DNA of 64,000 nucleotides from a virus (lineage: Duplodnaviria; Caudoviricetes): IMG/VR virus record IMGVR_UViG_2690315746_000001, positions 1 through 64,000 of that record; one strand, 5' to 3'. A program made the translations under genes and the position numbers. Shown here piece after piece: positions 58,203-64,000 of the stretch. Every line of letters begins with the position of its first letter. Positions within the stretch are counted from its first letter, which is position 1. The notes beneath the pieces were generated by a model. The model ran no database searches and was not told the origin of the DNA. It saw only the letters and a list, made by a program, of their open reading frames with translations.

Positions 58203-58844
58203 ATGGCACGCACCCGCATCCTGGAGCGCGACGGCTTCCGCATGGGTCAGCGCGTCTTCCTCAAGCAGCCGACCATGGGCGGCACCGACGAGGACGACGA
58301 GGTCGTCTACCCGGCCGGCTCGCCGGGCCTGATCGCCGACATCGAGGACCTCGGCGGCAAGCAGGGCGTCAGCTTCACGGTCAGCATCGGGGAGATCACC
58401 AACAACTTCGACCAGGGCGACGGCCCGATCGGCAACTTCCTGTCGGCCACGCCCGTGCTGCCGGCGTTCGCCACCCTGATCGGCCTGACCCCGAAGCAGG
58501 TCGCCGACACGATCTGCACCGCGGTCGAGGGCGGCATCAGCTACTGGGCCCGGGGCTTCCACCTCGTCTCGCCCAACGAGGCCGCGCTCAAGGAGCGGCC
58601 CTGGTACGCGAGCGCCGCGCTCTACGACGGCCCGTTCACCATCAAGGTCGTGCAGGTGGACGAGCACAAGGAGGGCGCCGGCTGCGACGTCTTCCTGACA
58701 CCGGACAGCATCCGCCGCGGGCTCGCCTGGCTCGCCGCGAACAAGCCCGAGCGAATCGGCGAGATCATCGGTGAGACGGGCGACGCCTGCACCGCCGACG
58801 ACTTCATCCAGGCCTGCGTGTTCGGGGAGCTGATCTATGGCTGA
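58203..58844 (+). CDS. Hypothetical protein (EGGISYWA...Q..VFGELIYG)
   Basis: Recurrent phage C-terminal motif; ATG inside motif A. Confidence 0.75.
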   Translation: MARTRILERDGFRMGQRVFLKQPTMGGTDEDDEVVYPAGSPGLIADIEDLGGKQGVSFTVSIGEITNNFDQGDGPIGNFLSATPVLPAFATLIGLTPKQVADTICTAVEGGISYWARGFHLVSPNEAALKERPWYASAALYDGPFTIKVVQVDEHKEGAGCDVFLTPDSIRRGLAWLAANKPERIGEIIGETGDACTADDFIQACVFGELIYG

Positions 58845-59337
58845 CCTCACCGATCGCCAGCGGGCTGCGCTCAAGTGGGTCCTCGAGTGTCAGCTCGAGA
58901 TCACCGCGGCCAAGGCACCCAAATACAATGGCGACCAGGCCGCGGAGGAGATCCTGGACCTCGCCGCGCTCGCCGAGCTGACCGGCGACAAGGCGCTGAT
59001 CCGCAGCTGCACCGAGCTACACCGCGAGCACGCCGAGAACCCGATCAGGGTCTTGCGCAAGCTCGTCGGCATGATCGAGCACTGCTGGTCGGACAACGAA
59101 ATCCTCCAGATCGGGGATCTCGATCCGCTCGACGCCGCCCGCGAAATGCTCGCCAAGGCCGACGAGTGGACCTGCCTCCCCACCAAGGACGCGACCCAGA
59201 TGGCGGCCGATACCGTCGAGCTGGACCGCATCCGCACCTGGGCTAGGGACCAAGAGGAAAAGATGAACGCGGAGCCGGACGCCCGCCCGCCGGACGGCGA
59301 CGACTGGAATGACCTCCACGCACAGGTCATGCCGTGA
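58837..59337 (+). CDS. Hypothetical protein
   Basis: Coupled ORF with GGAG RBS. Confidence 0.65.
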   Translation: MADLTDRQRAALKWVLECQLEITAAKAPKYNGDQAAEEILDLAALAELTGDKALIRSCTELHREHAENPIRVLRKLVGMIEHCWSDNEILQIGDLDPLDAAREMLAKADEWTCLPTKDATQMAADTVELDRIRTWARDQEEKMNAEPDARPPDGDDWNDLHAQVMP

Positions 59338-59663
59338 CCCGAGCCCAGCCATATCCAATATGGCTGGGTTCCAGCCACCGCATGTGGATGGAGAGCACCG
59401 TGGCCAGCAAGATGTTCAAAGATGGCATCCGCCGTGACCTCGAAAACGAGGTTCGCCGCCGGTGGCCGGAGCGGGCCGGCGAACTTCGAGAGCAGCTTCG
59501 CCAGCAGCAGGTCGCACCGAAGGTCATTGCCGACAATATCCGGGCAACCGGCGGCACCCCGATTAGCTTCTACAAGGTTCTCGCCGACCTGATCGACTGC
59601 GGTTTCATCCCGGTCGACGCGCACCCCGAGCGGGCCAATCTCGGCGAGCCGGAGGTTTCGTGA
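59334..59663 (+). CDS. Hypothetical protein (start uncertain)
   Basis: Coupled ORF; motif-A hairpin in the 5' part. Confidence 0.5.
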   Translation: MTRAQPYPIWLGSSHRMWMESTVASKMFKDGIRRDLENEVRRRWPERAGELREQLRQQQVAPKVIADNIRATGGTPISFYKVLADLIDCGFIPVDAHPERANLGEPEVS

Positions 59664-60043
59664 GCGCCACCAAGGGCCGGCGCAGCCACGTCACCGTGCG
59701 GCTGCCCCGGGTCCTTCACCGGCGGCTGGCCGCGTGCGCGGCGGCGGCCGGCGTCGATCTCAACACCTGGATGAACCGCTGCCTGGAGGCTCACGCCATG
59801 AAGGATGACCCGCGTTTTCCGCCTACACCGGGCGCCGCCCAGGTGGTCGAGGAGGTGCAGGCGGCCTACGCCGCCGCCCAGCCCAGCCCCGAGCCGACCA
59901 AGGTCGAGCGTCTGGAGGAGACCATCCGTCTCCTGTCAGCATATGGCGAGGCCAAGTTTGGCGACGAGTGGTGGCCCGGGAACGCCCAGCCGCACCTCGG
60001 CGCGGAGCGCGGCGCTCGGCTCGAGCAGTTGCTCGATGAGTAA
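59660..60043 (+). CDS. Protein with HicB-like RHH DNA-binding N-terminus
   Basis: VTVRLPRVLHRRLAACAAAAGVDLNTWM. Confidence 0.7.
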   Translation: MSATKGRRSHVTVRLPRVLHRRLAACAAAAGVDLNTWMNRCLEAHAMKDDPRFPPTPGAAQVVEEVQAAYAAAQPSPEPTKVERLEETIRLLSAYGEAKFGDEWWPGNAQPHLGAERGARLEQLLDE

Positions 60044-60281
60044 CCGCCGCAACGGGCCCGTGAAGCGGGCCGCGATCCGGCTGCTGGCGGAGGAGCGGCG
60101 CCTGCCGCTCGCCGCGGCGGCGCACCGCTACGCGATGATGCCGATCCGGGCAAAAGTGGCGCTGTGCCGGCGCGTCGAGGCGTCCGGTAAAAAGGAAAAT
60201 TCGGCCTCCCGGAAGCCCGCGGCGGCAGCCAGATCAAATATGGCTTCGCCAACTCGTTGGTACGATTCTGGATCTGCATAG
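60036..60281 (+). CDS. Basic hypothetical protein
   Basis: Overlapping start MSNRRNGP. Confidence 0.4.
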   Translation: MSNRRNGPVKRAAIRLLAEERRLPLAAAAHRYAMMPIRAKVALCRRVEASGKKENSASRKPAAAARSNMASPTRWYDSGSA

Positions 60282-60344
60282 ATGTCGCAGGTTCCATAAA
60301 GATAATTATGCGCGGTGAGCGTGGCTTGCCATTTGCCAGGAGAG

Positions 60345-60665
60345 ATGCCCGTGTCCGAACATACCCTCCGCCGCCTCCGTGAGGCGCGCGACAGCGCCGA
60401 GGCCGCCCGCGAGCACGACGGCTTGCAGACAGCGCTGATCGACGTGATCGATGCGCTCATCGCCGATCGACGTCACGAATCGAAGCCGCCGGCTTCGGCG
60501 AGCCCGGCCGCCTACCAGCAGGCCGGCCGGCGCGATGTGCTGCACGAGCTGCGAGCTTGGCACGAATCTCAGGCAGCCGACTGCTACGGCGGTGCCAACG
60601 ACGCGCACACGGCTTCGATCGCCGAGATCGATAGGCTGATGGAGGTCGAGAAGGCGAAGAGCTAG
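60345..60665 (+). CDS. Hypothetical protein
   Basis: AGGAG RBS; start 60345 or 60351. Confidence 0.6.
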   Translation: MPVSEHTLRRLREARDSAEAAREHDGLQTALIDVIDALIADRRHESKPPASASPAAYQQAGRRDVLHELRAWHESQAADCYGGANDAHTASIAEIDRLMEVEKAKS

Positions 60666-61399
60666 ATTCTCATCGCTGCTCCCAGCCGCGCGAGCGCCGC
60701 TTCAAGACTAGAACCTTGATATTCATGGGGCGCTGCGTTCTGCACCCACCCCCTCGGAGGACCTTGATGACCGACATGCCTGCGATCGACGCCGAGCGGG
60801 CCGTGGCCGAGTTGACGGCGCTCGCGACCAACCTCGGGGTCAGCGACGCCGCGTTTCAGACCATTCTCGACGAGGTGATGACCCGGGCGCAGGCCTCGCC
60901 CGACTGGGGCCGGCCGCACGAGGTCGCCGCCGAGGTCCGCCGGCAGCTGCTCGCGGCGGCTACCGCGCCGTAGCCACGACAACCAGCGCCGGCACACGAC
61001 CGTCAGCACGTTCGTGTCCGAGCGCCAGCGCGAGATCCGGCGCTCCTGGCGGTGCAGCAGCCCGACGCGCACCGCGAGCGCCACCGTGACCTGCACCAGG
61101 CGCGTCGACACGCCGGCCCGCGCCGCGATCTCGGCGACCGACATGGTGCAGGCCTTGAGCCCGCCCACGACCCGCAGCACCGCCATCTGCCCGACCGTGA
61201 GCTGATGCTGCCCGGCGATCTCCGGCGGCAGCACGCCCGAGAACGCCATCCGCACCCGGCGCGCGGTGTCCCGCACCTTCGGCCGTACCCGCGCCCCGGG
61301 CCCGCGCAGGCGCGCGTCCGCGGCCTCGGCCTGAGCGAGGCTCAGCCGGCCGTCCGCCACGTCCGCCCATAGGCGGCGCAGCGCATGATCCACATCCAT
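60662..61399 (-). CDS. Winged-HTH protein, possibly replication-initiator-like
   Basis: CTMSVAEIAARAGVSTRLVQ...GLL...ERR...TNVL; GAGG RBS; structured leader. Confidence 0.65.
   Translation of the reverse strand: MDVDHALRRLWADVADGRLSLAQAEAADARLRGPGARVRPKVRDTARRVRMAFSGVLPPEIAGQHQLTVGQMAVLRVVGGLKACTMSVAEIAARAGVSTRLVQVTVALAVRVGLLHRQERRISRWRSDTNVLTVVCRRWLSWLRRGSRREQLPADLGGDLVRPAPVGRGLRPGHHLVENGLKRGVADPEVGRERRQLGHGPLGVDRRHVGHQGPPRGWVQNAAPHEYQGSSLEAALARLGAAMRI
60767..60973 (+). CDS. Hypothetical protein nested antisense in the wHTH ORF
   Basis: GGAGG RBS and protein-like helical sequence. Confidence 0.55.
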   Translation: MTDMPAIDAERAVAELTALATNLGVSDAAFQTILDEVMTRAQASPDWGRPHEVAAEVRRQLLAAATAP

Positions 61400-61487
61400 G
61401 ACCCACCTCTGTGGGCCGTCAGGCTTCAGGCCAAGCGAGGGCGTTCTCGGTCTTGACGACCGAGCCCACTTCATGGCCTAGTGGGGA

Positions 61488-61558
61488 TGTTCAGTTCACC
61501 ACCTAGGCCGCTCTGCGGTCCCAAAGGCCTCCCGACCGCCAAGTCGGGGGGCCTTTTG
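61488..61558 (+). ncRNA. Candidate counter-transcribed antisense RNA
   Basis: TTGACG -35 at 61453, CCTAGT -10-like at 61477, 14-bp terminator hairpin 61523-61557; antisense to the wHTH gene leader; 5' end estimated. Confidence 0.45.
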
Positions 61559-61715
61559 CGTTGTTCCTTAACCCTTCGGCGACGTTCTCCAGTGTCCCGG
61601 AATCGGGACCTGCCACCTTGGCCCTAAGCGCCGTGGTTCGTCAATCGAGGGCCAGCAGCGCCCCACTACGTCCTCTCCGTACCCACTAGAGGCGAAACAC
61701 AGGAGGAACACCCCC

Positions 61716-61750
61716 TTGCGTCCACTCTTATCACAATGTACGAAACGTAC
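61716..61750 (+). promoter_or_regulatory. Sigma70-like promoter overlapped by motif B
   Basis: TTGCGT-17 bp-TACGAA; the -10 lies within GTACGAAACGTAC (61738-61750). Confidence 0.5.
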
Positions 61751-61810
61751 CAGGGAGGCCGCCGCAGGCATCCTCTGCGTCGAGCCACCACCAACACCCG
61801 GAGGGTGATC

Positions 61811-61897
61811 GTGAACCCGATGCAGGCTGCCCTCCTCGCCACGTTCCTCATCGGGACCCTCGTCGCGCTGGGCATCCGCGCGCGAACTCGCGTCTGA
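61811..61897 (+). CDS. 28-aa hydrophobic peptide MNPMQAALLATFLIGTLVALGIRARTRV
   Basis: GGAGG RBS; single TM with basic tail; flanked by two motif-B sites. Confidence 0.5.
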   Translation: MNPMQAALLATFLIGTLVALGIRARTRV

Positions 61898-61919
61898 ACC
61901 AGATTGTACGGAGCGTACC

Positions 61920-62216
61920 GTGCGCAGTCATCACGACATCCTCATCGCTGCCGAGCGCGGGCTCGCCAGCGGCCACACATTTCTCACCTCCCTCATGACC
62001 GAGATCGGCGTCGAGCGCGCCGGCACGCCCGGCTTCCGCGAGCTGGACCAGGTCATGACCGAGCGGGTCAGCGACGCCTTCGCGGAGCTGTACCCGGACC
62101 ACGTCGGCGTCGGGCTCCCCCACGCCGTTCGTCGCGGCATCCGGGCGCTGGGCCTCACCGGCGCCGAGGTCTCTGCCGCCGTCGCCCGCCGGGCCGTCGA
62201 GAATTGCCCGGCATGA
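61920..62216 (+). CDS. Hypothetical protein
   Basis: GGAG RBS inside motif B. Confidence 0.6.
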   Translation: MRSHHDILIAAERGLASGHTFLTSLMTEIGVERAGTPGFRELDQVMTERVSDAFAELYPDHVGVGLPHAVRRGIRALGLTGAEVSAAVARRAVENCPA

Positions 62217-62701
62217 CCGCCCTCAACCCCATCACCGCCCTGCGCCTGAAGCGCACGGCGTCTCGGAGAGCACCGCTCATGCCCGTTTCCCAGAAGCCGC
62301 GGATGAAGAAGCGCGAGGCCACCGGCCCGGCGCCGTACACCCTCGCCGGCACCCTGTTCTACGGCTTCTACGAGCAGGCCGCGCTGCGTAAGGCCGCCGG
62401 CCCGTCCATGGAGGACATGTTCCGCCGCCAGCGCACCGGCATGCCGCGCACCCGCCGCGACCTCTCCGGCCGGACCTACCACCCATGCGCGGGCGCGGAG
62501 AGCCGCGAGGCCAAGCGCCGGGCCCGCCAGGGCGTCCACCACGCCCAGCACCCGACCGTGGTCGCACGGTTCGGCGAGCTGGACGCCCGGGCGCGCGAGG
62601 CCAAGGAGGCCATCGCTCGCGTCGAGGGCGTCGACCGCTCGATGAAGAGCCGGATCGGCGCCGTCGCCGGCAAGCTCCTCGGTCGCAAGGGTGCCGCGTG
62701 A
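62213..62701 (+). CDS. Basic hypothetical protein (MTALNPIT...)
   Basis: ATGA coupling. Confidence 0.6.
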   Translation: MTALNPITALRLKRTASRRAPLMPVSQKPRMKKREATGPAPYTLAGTLFYGFYEQAALRKAAGPSMEDMFRRQRTGMPRTRRDLSGRTYHPCAGAESREAKRRARQGVHHAQHPTVVARFGELDARAREAKEAIARVEGVDRSMKSRIGAVAGKLLGRKGAA

Positions 62702-62862
62702 ACCACGACCAGGAGAAGCTGCTCAAGCGCGCCCAGGACGCGCTCGTCCAGCTCAATCACGGCGCCTGCGATGACGCGGCCGGCGTGATCCACGACCTCA
62801 TGAAGGAGGTCCGCCAGCTCCAGGACAAGCTGGAGCGCCTCGACGCGCCGGAGGTCGCATGA
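62698..62862 (+). CDS. Small hypothetical protein (MNHDQEKLL...)
   Basis: GTGA/ATGA coupling on both sides. Confidence 0.6.
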   Translation: MNHDQEKLLKRAQDALVQLNHGACDDAAGVIHDLMKEVRQLQDKLERLDAPEVA

Positions 62863-63167
62863 AGCTCGCCGATCTCGACGCCGCGACCGCGCTCCAGCGC
62901 GACCTGCAGCGCGCCCAGCACGACCTCGCCGAGCTGCAGAAGCTGGTCTGGTCCGACGAGGCCAAGCGGGCCCGGGCCGACAAGGGCCCGGACGAGGGCG
63001 TCAGCCTGTCGATCACCACCGTCCGGCTCGGCACCCTCTACCTGACGCTCGACCCGGACGACACGATCTTCCAGGCGATCGAGAACCGGCTCGAGATCCG
63101 CATCCGCGAGGCGGCCGAGAAGCTCCGGCGGCTCGGCGTCGAGGTCCCGCAGGACGTCGCGGCATGA
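62859..63167 (+). CDS. Hypothetical protein
   Basis: GGAGG RBS, coupling. Confidence 0.65.
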   Translation: MKLADLDAATALQRDLQRAQHDLAELQKLVWSDEAKRARADKGPDEGVSLSITTVRLGTLYLTLDPDDTIFQAIENRLEIRIREAAEKLRRLGVEVPQDVAA

Positions 63168-63355
63168 ACCAGGTCCTGCCCTGGCTGCCGTGGGTCTCGT
63201 TCGGCACCGCGACCGCCGCCCTGCTCCTGGCGCTCGTCGGGCTCGCATGCGGCGATCGCTCGGTGGCCGGCGAGCGCCTGCTCGCGGCCCTTCTCCTCGT
63301 CAGCGCCTGGCTCGCCGGCCTGGCGCTCATGCTGAACTTCTGCCCCCTCCCCTAA
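63164..63355 (+). CDS. Small two-TM membrane protein
   Basis: Two hydrophobic helices; ATGA coupling. Confidence 0.6.
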   Translation: MNQVLPWLPWVSFGTATAALLLALVGLACGDRSVAGERLLAALLLVSAWLAGLALMLNFCPLP

Positions 63356-63411
63356 CCCACTGCCACCCCGGCCATATCCGCTATGGCCGGGGCAACCCTC
63401 GAGGAACGACG

Positions 63412-63651
63412 ATGGCCTACCGCCTCCGGGTCGCTGACCCGCGCGACATCACCGGCGACCACATGCTCGACGTCGAGTACGGCGCCTATATCGGCCCCTC
63501 CGACATGGCTGTCGGCTGGCCGGGCACGGTCACGATCGACATCTACTCCGCCGTCACCAAGCGCGGCGCCTGCGTGGTCGAGAAGCTCACGCAGCCGGAG
63601 CTGAACAAGCTCGAGGCCAGCATCGATGCCCGCCACGAATTCGACGACTGA
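63412..63651 (+). CDS. Hypothetical protein (MAYRLRVADP...)
   Basis: GAGGA RBS after a motif-A hairpin. Confidence 0.6.
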   Translation: MAYRLRVADPRDITGDHMLDVEYGAYIGPSDMAVGWPGTVTIDIYSAVTKRGACVVEKLTQPELNKLEASIDARHEFDD

Positions 63652-63823
63652 GCTGCCGGCCGTCCGGGTCCGCCTGGACGGCAAGACCCTGCGGGCGAAG
63701 TTCCCGCTCCCCAAGGCGCGCTGGCACGGCAAGTACCCGGGGATCGACGCGGTCGTGAAGGCCGCCTGGGAAGACGGCGTCCCGCAGCATTTCGCCATCC
63801 ACTACGTGCTCGAGGAGGAGTAA
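63626..63823 (+). CDS. Hypothetical protein
   Basis: Overlapping ORF with typical codons. Confidence 0.55.
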   Translation: MPATNSTTELPAVRVRLDGKTLRAKFPLPKARWHGKYPGIDAVVKAAWEDGVPQHFAIHYVLEEE

Positions 63824-63882
63824 GATGACCGTCTGTCCAGCCACCGCGAACCGCAACGCCAGCTACGAACGACGAGGGGGAT

Positions 63883-64000
63883 ATGGGTAAGCGTCGCACA
63901 CCGCTTTGGGTCGACCGCGAGCGCACCCGCGTCGCGGCCGACATCCACGACCCGGCTGAGTGCCAGGCGCTGATCGACCGCCACAACCGGGACCTCGACA
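63883..64000 (+). CDS. Partial hypothetical protein (runs off window)
   Basis: GAGGGGG RBS, open to window end. Confidence 0.45.
   Translation, partial: MGKRRTPLWVDRERTRVAADIHDPAECQALIDRHNRDLD

Larger units (their letters stand above)
1..64000. mobile_element. Siphophage / probable phage-plasmid genome segment
   Basis: Contiguous terminase-portal-capsid-tail-lysis operon, primase-helicase and ParA cassette; no host housekeeping genes and no integrase in the window. Confidence 0.93.

Noticed and set aside
50682-63392. Motif-A copies as a CRISPR array or integron attC cassette array
   Set aside because: Repeats are only 15-16 bp, irregularly spaced by hundreds of bp and sometimes inside CDSs; no cas or integron integrase gene, and no GTTRRRY core structure.
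1-64000. tRNA, rRNA, integrase/att or IS elements
   Set aside because: No cloverleaf, recombinase or transposase motifs recognised by eye; tRNAscan and HMM searches would be needed to be certain.

Overview
This is a 64-kb internal slice of a high-GC (~70% by eye) lambda-like siphophage genome. It most likely persists as a phage-plasmid in an alphaproteobacterial host, probably Methylobacteriaceae (inferred). Layout: (1) 1-7.6 kb, + strand: DNA metabolism genes (RecU-like resolvase, DEDDh exonuclease, Mre11/Rad50-like pair, HD hydrolase, dATP/dGTP diphosphohydrolase, dUTPase). (2) 7.6-43.4 kb, - strand: lysis, tail and head genes, including a 4079-aa modular TipJ-like protein, a tape measure with a transglycosylase domain, and a G/GT chaperone frameshift. 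(3) 43.6-50 kb: Prim-Pol/SF3 primase-helicase and a ParA plus RHH partition cassette. (4) 50.4-64 kb: an early/accessory region of small ORFs and regulators. No integrase, tRNA or CRISPR array is visible. The strongest unexplained signal is a layered cis-acting code of four motif families: CCATAT-N3/4-ATATGG (~20 copies), GTACG-N3-CGTAC (~21 copies), GTACAT-N7-ATGTAC (~5 copies), and dispersed 11-bp-period arrays that flank the par genes and also lie inside coding sequence. There is also a concentric 99-bp symmetric element (possible origin) and an antisense-RNA-like leader on a wHTH gene. All calls come from reading motifs by eye; no database searches were run.
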